A DNA stretch of 64,000 bases from Camelus ferus (GCF_009834535.1 NC_045697.1:50594001-50658000); one strand, 5' to 3'; shown: positions 1-12,233, counted from the first letter of the stretch. Translations and numbers: made by a program. The notes: a model not told the origin generated them from the sequence alone.

Positions 1-119
1 AACACTTCTCAAGTTGTATTCTTTTTCATCTTTGTTTTCTGTCAGTGTGTGTGTGTGTTTGGTGGGGGGGGGGGTGTTATATTTAGATTTCTATCATGTC
101 TGTAACCTAACATAATTAT

Positions 120-340
120 TTTTCAAAATAGAATTGTTTGTAATAAGTCCTTTTTATAGCTACACCACCATTCATTAAATATTCCCGTGTTGTTGAATGT
201 GTATGCTGTTTTTAACTCTTTGCTATCATAAATTTGTGATGGATATCCTTGAATGTTAACTATGAAAGTCTCCTTACAATTCTCTTTAGGATAAATTCCC
301 GGATGTAGTATTTTGAGAACTGAGATAATGTGTGCTCACA
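120..340 (-). mobile_element. Old L1 (L1ME-like) 3' fragment
   Basis: Degenerate L1 3' UTR motifs (ctttgctatcataaat...gatggatatccttg...ctctttaggataaattccc). Confidence 0.55.
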
Positions 341-1864
341 AGCCTATATCTAAAGCAAGTTTTAAAATCTATTTATTTATATTTGAAGACATTTATTTAA
401 GTTTACATCTCATCTAGTGCCCACATCAAACTAATGTCATTTTCCAAGTTATTTCCAAGCCATTCAGTACTCTTTTGCAAAGCTTCCACTAAAAAATCAG
501 AAAATTTATCATAAAGTAGTGGAGGGGGAACCTCTTTCAGGTAGTTTTTCGTTCAAAAAAGTAAATTTGGGGTGCTATCTTAGTTACCTAAAAGGACTTC
601 TGTTACTCTTAGTATGTAAGGAGGGATTCTCATTCATCCTAACGTGGTACATCACTTTATTTTTAGAACTGTCCTGACTGTTCTGTGAAGGATATGTGTC
701 ATGTGTCCTTTGTTTTGTGTGTGTGTATGTTTTATAGAGATAAGGAATCTTCCTTGCTTATGTTTAAAACAAGTGTAAGTATGAATTATGAAACATGCAC
801 AACAGAAATGATTGAAATGCACCTGCCCTTTATTTTTGTAATGTAATATCTGATCTCTGATATTGATTACCATCTTGATTTAAAGGACACATATTAGTAA
901 GATACTAAGAGCAGATTGCCTGCAATGTGCACACTCAGAGAAGAACTATGACTTTTTAAAATCTGTTCCAACCACAGTCATAAAGCCCACATGCATGCGT
1001 AGTACTCATCAATCCTCAACAAAGATAAGTCATTCTAAAGTAAGCAATTATTAATTAGACAAATCAGAAATAAAATTTGGAAAGAATTGCACCTAGGTGA
1101 TAGAGCAAGAGACAGAGCCAGAAACCTTTCTCTGACTATATAAATGGGTAAAAAGAAAGGACTTTTCACAGAAAGCTGCCTGAGGAGATCTATAGCAACA
1201 CAGTGACTCCCTCCTTCTCACTGTTCCCCTTCAGAACCAAAGCCACACCTAGAGCAGGTAGTCAGGTGCACAGTCAGATTCTCCATAGCCTATTTCAAAC
1301 ACCACCTCTGTACAGATAATTACACAAGTGTTGATGTGGGACACTCCATCCCTGAATTTTTTTTTAATTTTCCTGAATTTTAATTAGATGTATGGATGTT
1401 ATTTCAAAGCCACAACTAATAATGACTGATTGTAGATCAATGAAATCATTTCACTTTCTGCCAGTCAACGCATGTTTGGAAGAGACATTCAGCAATATTC
1501 CACAATCTGAACATATCACAGGAATGATGACTTCACCAAAGAAGGGCTCATATTCCTACCCACATGAGAAAGGAAAGCCATAGTATTTTCTTGTTCTTCA
1601 TTGATGACAGTCATCACTTCTCAGCTGTTTCTCTGCCGCCTCCCCACCTTACCTTTGAATTCTGCAGGTGTAAGCTCTGAGTCAGCAGTGCTGATGCAAT
1701 GCCATATTAAGCCTTCACGAAGGGGAACAGCCCCAAACAAGGTACTAAGGAGAATCTAAGGTGGAACAGATCCTGAAGAGCCCATCTGCCCCTATAAAGG
1801 CTCACCTCAAGTTTTAGGAAAAAAACTTAAACCAAGATAAGCATCTAACTTCTAAAGAAGGAAG

Positions 1865-1980
1865 TTGTTCATTAAATATTGAATTGTCTATTCTCCAGTG
1901 TAAGGTTCTTTATTAGGTACAAGAAATACAAAGATAAATAGGAAATGGTCCTGGCTACTGGAAGTCACAATACAATGGGA
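1865..1980 (-). mobile_element. L2 3' end fragment
   Basis: ttcattaaatattgaattgtcta...aaatacaaagataaataggaaatggtcctgg resembles the reversed L2 tail. Confidence 0.55.
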
Positions 1981-2042
1981 GTCACATCAATGCTGTCTCC
2001 TCAATGCGGTCACCTTCAATACTGTCCCACTATAATTCATAC

Positions 2043-4400
2043 TTTTTTTTTTGAAGTATAGTTGATTTACTGTAGCCATTTTAATTATAATATATCTTGG
2101 TGTAGATCTGTTTGGGTTCATCTTGTTTGGGAACCATGTGCTTCCTGTACCAGGATATCTGTTTCCTTCTTTAGGTTTGGGAAATTCAGCCGTAATTTCT
2201 TCAAATATGTTTTTGACCCCCTTTTCTCTTTTCTTCTCCATCTGGGACCCCTGTTATGCATACATTGGCACATTTTATATTATCCCATAGGTCTTTCATA
2301 TTGCTCTCATTTTTTTTTTCATTTGTCTTTCTATCTGCTGTTCTGATTGGGTGGTTTCCATTACTCTATCTTCTAGATCCCTTATTTGTTCTTCTGCATT
2401 ATTTAGTCTGCTGTTTATTGCCTTTAGCTCGGCTTTCATCTCAGCAATGGAGTTTTCTGATTTTAACTGGCTTCTCTTTATAGTTTCTAGTTCCTTTTTA
2501 CAGTGATCTGCATTTCTATCAATAGTCTCACTTAATTCATTCAATATTTGTATTGTTTCCTTTTTGAATTCAAGTTCTAGCAGACTGTAGAAGTCTATTT
2601 CATTGATTTTTCAGGGGCTTTCTCTTACTCTTTTAATTGGGAGTGGTTCCTCTGCTTCTTCATTTTATTCTATTTCTCTGACACTATGAACTTAGGAGTA
2701 ACAGTTACCCACTTGGTCTTGAAGCGCTGTTCTTGTGTGGGAGCGTCCTTGTGTAGCTTTGTGCATCTGATATTTTTGTTGTGAGGGCTGTTTGTAGTAT
2801 GGATGGCTGCCATGTTTTTCCTCCATGTGTGCTGGCTGTTGTCCCCATGATGGGGGTGTAATTGGTGTTGTGGTGACCAGAGCCTGCACTGGATGTTGAG
2901 CGAGGCCTCCTCTTTGCCCTGTGGCTGTCACAGCCCTGTCGGGGCCCATGTCTGTTCCCTAGTTGTTGGAGAAGAGGCCCCGCAGATTTGTTTCTAAGCT
3001 GCCGAATGAGGAGGGCGGGACCGGAGCACTTCCGCTGGGAGAGGAGCTGCTGAGTATTCCTCCACAGGAGAAGTCCCCTGGGAAGTGCCCTCTGTGGTGT
3101 CACCTGCCACCCATTGTGCAGGCTAACAAAGTACATTGTTTGGCGCTGCCCTCAGCCCCGCCTCAGCAGTGGGAATGCAGGCAGCCTGCCCTGGTATCCC
3201 TCGGGCACTGTGCTCACAAAGCACCAGGGCAGGTCCAAAGAAGTCAGGCACCAGGGCCCACTGTAATTGTGCGTAGTCATGCACTTGGATGGCCGTGGGC
3301 TACAGGGTCACCCCGGCCTTACCCCCGCATGTGCATGCCTGCTGTTCATGTCAGACCTGCCCCAACCACACACCAATATTCTGCCCAGATGTCCCGCATG
3401 CACTGAATTTACAAAGCACCGATGGCATAAGTCCACCAAATCCAGCTGGGACACAGCTCAGATTTCAGCTCCACAGCTTCTGCATTTTTGTGGCTTCTGG
3501 GAATGAGCTCAAGTTTCAACCCACCAGCAACTGCACCCTTCCAGAGCAAGCTGAGAAGGAGACTGTTACGGCTGGGTCCTGCCCCTCCTTTCATGAGAGC
3601 ATGTTAATAATGAGGCTTTTAGAGCAGGGCTACACCTTGTGAGCTTCCCAAAGAAAGAGGTTTCTTTGGTGGTGTCCTGACCCTCCCTTTGTGAAAGCAT
3701 ATTAACAGTGGGGCTTCAAAGGTGGACATGGACTCCTTTGTACACTCCCAGTTTCAGCCTGCACATCACTGTAGCCCCTTAAAGCTGGCTCTGCACAGCC
3801 AACCCTCGTCCTCTCCCCGGGTCTGTCCTCTGAAGTCCAAGCTTCAGCACCCAGGGCCAACACACACCAGCAGGCTCAAGTCTTGGGCTGGGGCCTGCCT
3901 GGACCCTCTGTGCTGGCTTCTGTCTGTTCTGTCTGCCACAAAGCGGATGCTACGCTCCCCTCAAAGCTTCTGAAGATCCCCTTCTGTTCCCGCTAATCTC
4001 CCCGCTGTTGAAGGGACTTCCCAGAGCACTTTTCCTCTTTCACCACTCCCTCCCCAAGGCACAGGCACCATATTGATTCTGTTTTTCGTTTGTTTATGTT
4101 TTTAAGTCCTACCCGGTTACATGGAGATCTTTCTTGTAGCTTTGAATGTATGAGATCTTTTGTCAGAATTCAGGAGGCATTCTGTGAGAATTGTTCCACA
4201 CGTAGATATATTTTTGATGTATTTGCGGGAGAGGGTGAGCTCCATGTCCTTATATTCTGCCGTCTTGAAGACTCTCTAGTTGATTTACAATGTTATGTTA
4301 GTTTCTGGTATACCACATAGTGATTCAGTTGCGTGTGTGTATACATATGTATATTATTTTCCATGATAGGTTATTACAAGCTATTGAATATAGTTCCCTA
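2043..4400 (-). mobile_element. Short L1 3' end with poly(A), split into 2043-2070 and 4277-4400 by the insertion above
   Basis: T10-gaagtatagttgatttac continues as aatgttatgttagtttctgg...gtgattcagtt...ggttattacaag...gaatatagttccct. Confidence 0.85.
2071..4276 (-). mobile_element. LINE-1 5' UTR plus disrupted ORF1, 3'-truncated
   Basis: The minus strand starts gagagtcttcaagacggcag..., a cetartiodactyl-type L1 5' end, followed by a GC-rich UTR. ORF1 ATG is at 2663 (MKKQRNHSQLKE*). ORF-track peptides NSRLNNAEEQIRDLEDRV and KMNPNRSTPRYIIIKMA are ORF1p. Flanked by TAGTTGATTTAC at 2059-2070 and 4277-4288. Confidence 0.92.
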
Positions 4401-4732
4401 CTAATTACATACCTCATCTAGGTCCTCTGTATTTCCACTCCCCCTTCTCCTCTTTTATTATTTTGTTACACTTCAAAATTTGCAGCGTGATGCTTGAAAG
4501 ACTTTTCTACTTTAAATAAAGGCAACCACTGTCATCCCATGTTAGCACCATGTATTTAAATTTGTCATCATATTAAGGCATATTTTATACCTTACATGGG
4601 TGTTGTTAAACAGTATTTTTACAACTATGATTTGATACAGCCTCAAATAAAATAAAGCCTACTAAAAATTAATAAACTAGAAAAAGGTAAGTCCATTGGA
4701 GGCATGGTAAAAAACAAAAAACGAAAAACAAA

Positions 4733-4760
4733 AAACCTCAAACCTCAAACCTCAAACCTC
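4733..4760. repeat. (AAACCTC)4 tandem repeat
   Basis: Four perfect 7-mer copies, preceded by AAAAAC-like units. Confidence 0.9.
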
Positions 4761-4774
4761 CTTCTCAGTGTAGT

Positions 4775-5830
4775 GTATTGTTGCTAATGCCTTCTAAACC
4801 TGTCACTCCAGATCAGAGCTCTCTCCCTAATCCCAAACCCACATATCTCAATCCTCTACTGGACTTTTCCACCTGAATATACCATGAGTGTTTCAAACTC
4901 AGCAAGTTCAAATGGGGTTCATTATCACCTCCCGCCCACTAATCTTCTCCCCCTCCCACACCCTGCTTCCTTTCTACACCCTCTTCCATGTTAATGGTAA
5001 CACCATATGCCCAGGATCCAGAGCCAGAAAGTCTTTCTAGTCTACTTTGTTTCTCCATTTGATTTTCAGCTATTCCTGTATTAGTTTAGAACCACCTCAG
5101 TGCTACTTCCAGCCTCATCCCTGCCCAGCAGCTCCTAGAATAACCCTTCTAAAATTTAAATATTATCATGTTATTTAGCACTTACAACTATTTACAGGTT
5201 ACCCATAAACTACTCTGTATCCGAATCTCTTCATTTATTTTGCTGTCTGGCCCTCCCTAAGTGCTCAACTTCATCTTTCATCACTCACAGACAGGCATCT
5301 ATCATTTTGAAAAAGTTAATAGTTTTTGAAATATGCACAGAGTTTTATAGCTGTAAGCTGCTGGAAGTCCCCTTTGCTTTGATTCTTCCTAGGGAACTTC
5401 TGTTCATTCTGTGTGCAGGGCCCCCCTGAATCATTTCATCTTCAGAGCTGGTGAAACACAGCTGTCACAACTCCTCAGAGGTCTTTTCTCTCTCTCTGTC
5501 TCCGTCGCTGTGTCTCTGTCTCTTTTGACCTCTGCTTCTGTCTCTCTGTGTGCATGTGTCTGTCCCTCTTGGTCTCTGTCTGTCTCTCTGCTGCCTCTCT
5601 TTCTCTCTGTTTCTTCCTAGATGATGGACAGACATATACATGTCTGCACACACATACCTCTAATACTGTATCAGGAAACAGTATTACACTAATTTGTACA
5701 TCTTTCTCCTTTGCTAGACTCTGAACTTCCCAAGAATTGAAACTATAATTTATGTATCTCTGTTTTTCAGCATCTAATATAGGGCCCAATATAAATAGTG
5801 GCAAAATTAATATCTATTGAAAGAATGAAC
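4775..5830 (+). mobile_element. L2 fragment(s) including the 3' end
   Basis: cagagctctctccc...acccacatatc...ctggacttttccacctg...tcaaactcagc, ending ...aatatctattgaaagaatgaac. Confidence 0.7.
5483..5615. repeat. Degenerate (TCTG/TC)n simple repeat
   Basis: Pyrimidine-rich low-complexity tract. Confidence 0.85.
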
Positions 5831-6699
5831 GGACCCAAGGAAATAAGTACAGACCTATATACTACAGCACTACTTCTGTTAGCAATAAATTGGCAATAAC
5901 ATACATATCCATTAACAGAAAATGGAAACTCCCTCAACTGAGAATTATACAGCTAATGCTATGTCTATTCACATGGGCAAATCTCCAAAACATAACAATA
6001 AGTTGCAGAAATGTGTATTGAAAACATGCATGACAATATTCAGATCTGACAAATCTGACTGGTGTTTGTATAGGTATAAACATTGTTCTTTTGCTACTTT
6101 TATGCATATTTTAAATATTTCATAGTATAAAATTTTTAAAGACGTGGCCATAAAAACATAACAAAGTAGGAATTCCAGTGGCCAGACACTTCTTGAAAGG
6201 GCCCTTCCCCCCTGTGATAGACATATATGTAACCAAGTAGAATTAAGAATAAACAACACACCATTTAACAACGTATCCTTCATCATTTAACCTCCAAGGA
6301 GAAAAATCAGTCTGTGCTTATGTCATGTACTGATACCATCAGGTGAAAACACTTGGAGACGAAAGCTTGTAACCCCTTTTTCACAAGTACATGCAATTAT
6401 AACAAGTTGAGAAAAAATATATACATATAAGGGTCTCAGGCAAATGAAGAAAAAGAAATAAAACCTTGGGATGTTTCCCAGATGCTCAGTTTGGTGGGAA
6501 TGTTTTTGTTTATTTGATGATAACAGGGGTCAAGGAAGAATCTTAACAGTGAAGTTCATATACATCTTTTACAGAATGCATATCAAAGTATTAGTAAGTT
6601 TTTAGTGCTAGACGATAATTTTTTTGTATATTTTCATTTAAAGCATATTGTAATTTTAATCATAGACTCATAACACAACAGACTGAAGGGAAGAGAAGC

Positions 6700-6885
6700 T
6701 ACATTTATTTAGTATCAAGCATGTGCTAGACACTTAATTCTTGCAGCAGCCTGTAAGACTAGTCATGTTACCTCTATTTTGTAATAGTTGAAAATGAAGC
6801 CCAGAGAGTTAAATGTGATGTTTAAGGCTAAAACTGACATTGACCCCAGAGCCTCCCTACTTTAAAGGCATGCTCCGTCTACTTC
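6700..6885 (-). mobile_element. MIR SINE
   Basis: ctattttgtaatagttgaaaatgaagcccagagagttaaatg resembles the reversed MIR core. Confidence 0.65.
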
Positions 6886-7224
6886 CACACCCTGCCTTTA
6901 GGCTAGTCCCTTTCACTTTACACCACAGGCTGCCCTATTCTTGTCTGTATCCCTAAAGCCTCAGAGTACTGATTTGTTATGATAACAGGCCTCCAGAATG
7001 GCTTACAAATGATACTCGTACCTTGGTGTATATGAAAGCTGTGCAGTAATACACATGCAAGGCAGGAAATATTATATTCATATATATGTATGTAATTAAT
7101 ACTATATACACATATGCAGTCTTTTTTATACACAAAAGTTTAAATGTTAATTTTGTTTTTGAGAATATAAGTAATCTTTCATAAGCAAAGAAAGAATTTA
7201 AGACCAGTAAAACAAATATTATAG

Positions 7225-7645
7225 ATCCCTTTTGCAAATAATTGTAGGTATTTACAAAGATGTTCACAGTTGTTCACTGCAATATTCATAATAGTAAAAA
7301 CTGGGAACAATCGAAATGTCCAACAATCAAGAATTGAATAAATAAGTTATAGTATACTCATCACATAGAATAATATGAAGTAATTAAGAATCATGTGTTA
7401 GAAGAAAACATTTTATGAGGAAACATGTACACAGTGTGGAGCTGTAACATCCAGATAGTACATATAGGGTCAAAGAACTATGTAAATACTTAGATTTACA
7501 TATTAATACAAAATAGTGGAAGGCCAAACATCAAATTGTTAACTGTGGTTGGCTATGGCTGGGATTATGGGTTCTTTTCCCTTTAATGGTCAGGTTTCCC
7601 AGGTTTTTCCCAGGGATGTATTACTGACATTAGGAAAAAAAAATT
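7225..7645 (+). mobile_element. L1ME-like 3' UTR fragment
   Basis: gttcactgcaatattcataatagtaaaaactgggaacaatcgaaatgtccaacaa. Confidence 0.7.
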
Positions 7646-10509
7646 AATAGTCAAATGCCCTCTTGTTCATTGATGAAGCTGATTTCTTGTAGATCAGGGA
7701 GGCTTTGCCTATGTGGTATCTCAGCCTTTGGGGATGGAGTCTGGGGGCTGGAATGGGGGCGGGGGGAGGAGGTAGAAAGAGAGGGAGACTGGGAGGGTAG
7801 GTAAAGGCAACTGTCCAAGAGGACAAGATAGAGAATGAGAAATAGGATATGGGAAGAACAACAGCTTTAGTGAAACCATGAGATGTGCTAGCATCCACTC
7901 AGGAAGCACTTGGGGCCATAAGTGAGCAAATTCCACTCCCGAGTTGCATGAGCTGCAAAGGGTGGGATAGAGTATTTCCTTGCCCCACCCCGTGGAACTT
8001 CTCAGTGTCCTGGCATCCTGAAAATTACTAACCTGGCCCCAGGAAGGCAGAAATCTACCAGAGGGAAAACTCTGAACCTGAGATGATGTGTAATGGGAGT
8101 GTATCTAAAACTCGATAATATCCTGGGAGAAGCGGTGAAAAGAAATTGGTTGGCCACCTTGTATTTTCTGACGAGTAAGTATGAATATTCCAAATTACTC
8201 TACTGAATTGCCCATTTATCCTATTTTATATTACAGTGTCTATCATTAAGAGTGTTGCAATAGAGACGCTAGAGTTGCGACGGTGAGGGTTCGTTCATCA
8301 TGCTGGCAGGGATAGCTTAGTGGACAAAATACCAGCTTTCACCAACTATGCATCCAGAGGTTAACATGCAAGTGGCATTGACTCAGCAGCTCATCTTCTG
8401 AATGAAGCTAATTCCACAGAGTTTACTCAGATGGGTGGAGGGTCCTTTGGACAATGTCTGGGAAAAAACTTGCCTATCCTGCCTGGAAAATCACGATTCC
8501 TAGAACTTTTACAAACTTAAGATTTCCCTCAGTTTCCTGGAAGCATGAGCTATAGCAGAGCCAAACGTCTTCTGCCACTCTTAGAACTGGTGCCCTATTC
8601 TTGCCAGCTTTCCCTGTTTTATCATTAGCCTTACAGAAAGCCAATTTAGCCTTTCCTAAACTACTTCTTTTCATTTAATTGTTTAATACTCTTACTATAT
8701 TTTAGATGTCTATAACAGTCTCTTAGTTTCTTCATCCTGCTCATAATTTCTTAATCTTAACCGTTCAAATCAAATCAATTGATTCATATATGTAATGATA
8801 TGAACTACTCTCTAATAAACAAATCTTTCATTTTTATGGCTTTATCAATTTATGATGACAAAGTAGGAATGTTTACTAGTCACAAAAATAATGCTACCAT
8901 TGTATAAATCAGCCAAAATCTAGGCTAATGATTCCATCTTTATAAAATTATATTCTTAAAATTTCATCAGCTAAGTTTGTATCAATTTGAAGAAGTTCTT
9001 GCTCCATTTGTAATCTCAAAAATGAACACAGCACACATTTACTGAGTACCCACTGTGTGTCAGATATTGTTATAAGCACTTGGCTACCAAGCTTAAAAAA
9101 AAATCCCTAGTCCTGTCCCTGCTAGTCTAGTGAAAATGCCCTAAAAACAGATTCATTCTCTCTGTGAACTCAGAGGTAGCTATAAGTAGAGACTTGAAGC
9201 TTCTTATTTCTAAATGCAGTCTGATAATCTGATTTTCAGATTTGAGCTTCTAAATTAGTCCAAATCTCGATTTTTGCAGATAGATATTTAAAAAGTAAGT
9301 GTTATATAGTTAAACCTATAAGGATGAAAATATGGGAATTTGAGAAACTGGAGGGGTGAGATTAATATTAACATAAGCTAATTTTATTCATGTCCCAGAC
9401 TCTTTGCACAACGATTTCCTCTTTTACCTTTTTTTTCTGCAAGCCCATTCTGAGATTTCATCATTACACTCTGTACTGTCATCTCTCAGACATCGATCTT
9501 TCTGATACATCACGCACTGCTCCTCCTTCTACTCTTCCTGACTTCTAGATGGGACTGCTTCCATATATGCTGACATTCTAGTTATGACAACGACCCAGCC
9601 CTCCCTGTTCCAGCTACCTCTGCCATTAGATCACTATCTCCTTCTTTAATCCCCACTGCTAATTGCATGTGCTTATTTCCCACACATAATGCATGATGTG
9701 GTCATTTTAGTAATGACCATTTAGTATTTAATTCCTATTGTCCCATTATATGGAATTTCTTTTTTACATTAATTCATGCTTTCTCTATAATTTCCCTACA
9801 ATTCACCAATATCAACACATTTTATCCTTAAATTCTCCAGGTGATTATTAAGGAAGTGGAAATGTAGCAATGTTTAGTTATTTCTTATAAATTCTCAATT
9901 TTCTTCCCCCCAATTTCCCATTATCCAAATATTCATTTCTTCAGGATGGCTGCAGGGCTATGTACCAGGCTGTCTTCCAGCATTCAGCAGACCTTTGTAT
10001 CTACTTAGAGGCATTAGAGCTAGAATAGAAGGCAGGAGCAAGACCCATTTGCACTGCTTTCATTCAAAATGACTTCCAGGTCAGGATTAGGATGGTGTGT
10101 GGCCAGCTGTCTGTCTGAAATAGCTGCACACCTGACTGGCGCACTCTGGTGGTGAGAGGATACCCTGAGCAGGAGGGCTGCTGTGCAGCCTCCATACTGT
10201 CTCTACACTCAGGGGCTTGAGTGCCTCCTGGCTCCTCTTCTGTGAATTTTATATGGGATTGGTCCTTCCTTTCTCTCTTCCTTTATTTTCCTTTCTCTTT
10301 TTCTGTCTTAATTTAACACCTTATACTCAGTTTTGATGTGGGCCTTTACAAAGGAGCCCATTGTGAGTCTACAGGAGTAACTCAAGGATGATGACAGCGT
10401 TGGCGTAAATACTTGGGACATAGGTTTCATTTAGTCACAACAGAATGTCAGTGGTTCTTGAAAGAGGACTGATCACCCATTTGTTATTTCTCATCAAAAG
10501 AAAAACATG

Positions 10510-10724
10510 GGGGGAGGGAGTAGTAGAGTGCATGCTTAGAGGTTCAATCCCCAGTACTGCCATTAAAAAATAAATAAATAAACCAAATTACCTCCTCCCC
10601 CAAAAAAGTCTTAAAAATATATATATATATAAAGTGGAGGGTAATAAATAATATATAATAAATATATAATAATGTATATTAGTAAAATTTAGAAAATATA
10701 TAATAAAAATATATATTAAAAAAG
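10510..10724 (+). mobile_element. Camelid-type tRNA-derived SINE (Vic-1-like), internally deleted, with an expanded AT-rich tail
   Basis: ggggagggagtagtagagtgcatgcttagaggttcaatccccagtactgccatt-aaaaaataaataaataaaccaaattacctcc, with B-box GGTTCAATCCC. 13-bp TSD AAAGAAAAACATG at 10497-10509 and 10725-10737. Confidence 0.85.
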
Positions 10725-12140
10725 AAAGAAAAACATGAGCATGAATGCACACTGAGGCACTTTGCTCCACTAGATGAAAATATTTATTCAATGTAATAAT
10801 TGGTAAGTGGGGATGAAGATCAATTATGAAATATTCTTTACAAGCTGTTAACATTAGAGTTAAGCAGCACCTTTTAAAGATAATGGAAATTTTATTCTGT
10901 CTTATGAAAGACGGACAATGGCCACTCAAATTCCTCTCTACTCACCATATCCTGAGACCTGTGTGTGAATCCAAGTGTTTCTAAAAAATTCAACATAATA
11001 TTTGCCCTCTCTGAATATATCAGTTGCTGCAGCAGTAGCCCACTTAATGTTGATCTGTTGTCTAAAAAATGTACTGCCTCTCTAAACATCAGTCTTATGT
11101 CAACCCTGTTCAAAAACTTGCATTTGATATTACCTGAATATAATTTCTCAGATAGACAGGAAGTGTGGTTAGCTGTACCAGCTTACTGGTGACTTCTTGA
11201 AAAAAGAATATTTCTATTTTTCCTCTATAAAGAAGCAGATTACTCCACCTGGAGTTATCACATATATATTCTCAGTTCCAGAGAAAGGCCTAAATTATAG
11301 TAAGAAAGTGAATTAAATTTGGTTGAAGCTAATTTAAACTATCATTATTCTCGTTCATCAAACTCAATTTCTTCTGGAAATTTTACTCTCACTTCATAGT
11401 TTGTAAATACTCAGCAATTCAAGTGTAAAGTCTAGGAATTACCAATAACATCTAGTTGATAAACAGAATAAAAAATGCTCTCATTGAAGCCTTGAATAAA
11501 GTAAGAGGAGTCACAATTGTCTGCAGTGTAAAAATACTATGTGGGAGGAGTAAAGGTAGAAGCAAAGGGTAGAATTACTTGTATGTTTGAATATAAAACA
11601 AACTAAGGAAAAACCTAGATCCATTAAATGAAAATGCAGTAACTGTTCTGTTTCTACTTTTGCCCTTCTAGAGTCAATTTTTCTTGGCACAGTGTGAGTA
11701 ATATTTTAAAAACATAAGCCAGACCATGTCAGTCTCCTGCCCGTAGCCATCTTTGGCTTATATGAAAGTTTTATACAAGATCTATGAGGTCGGACATGAG
11801 TTAGCCCTGGCTACCTTTTCAACAGCATTTTGTACCAGTCTCCGCATTACTTATTCATGTTTAGAATCAATCATGTCTGTCAAAGTAATTGTCAAAGTCC
11901 ACACTTATTCTTGTGCTGAATCAGTCATTCCAAAGGCTATTTCAGTTTTCTATGATGAAGTGACAAAATCTAACATAGGCATAATGGACCAATATGATGA
12001 TTGCCAAGAGACACAAAATGTTATTTAGTTGTACACATACCTAACTCTCCCAAGAAGCAGTTCTTATAGACAGATCAGTAATTAGGGTAGGAATTATTCT
12101 GCTGATGACATTCCACCAAATAACAGCTACAAAGACTTAC

Positions 12141-12233
12141 CTGCAGCTACTATGATAACATCTGCCAGCTGAGTATGGATCTTCAGTTGTTCTTTCGGGG
12201 TGTATCTGTGAGCTATTGTCACAGTTGCATCAC
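12141..12233 (-). CDS. MTHFD2L: MTHFD2L coding exon 6 (93 bp, phase 1-1)
   Basis: Acceptor tctatattctag and donor G|gtaagt. Translates (G)DATVTIAHRYTPKEQLKIHTQLADVIIVAA(G). Confidence 0.97.

Noticed and set aside
2692..3973. Overlapping 80-147 aa ORFs on both strands
   Set aside because: They lie in the GC-rich L1 5' UTR, where stops are rare, and encode no recognisable protein.
5411..5804. Ser/Leu-rich and Arg/Glu-rich ORFs
   Set aside because: Translations of the TCTG simple repeat.
10510..10560. tRNA gene
   Set aside because: It has a B-box but cannot form a cloverleaf; the TSD and A-rich tail identify a SINE.
1..12140. Search for MTHFD2L exons 7-8 (GIPKLIT..., PVPGGVGP)
   Set aside because: No matching codons found; these exons presumably lie beyond the left edge.
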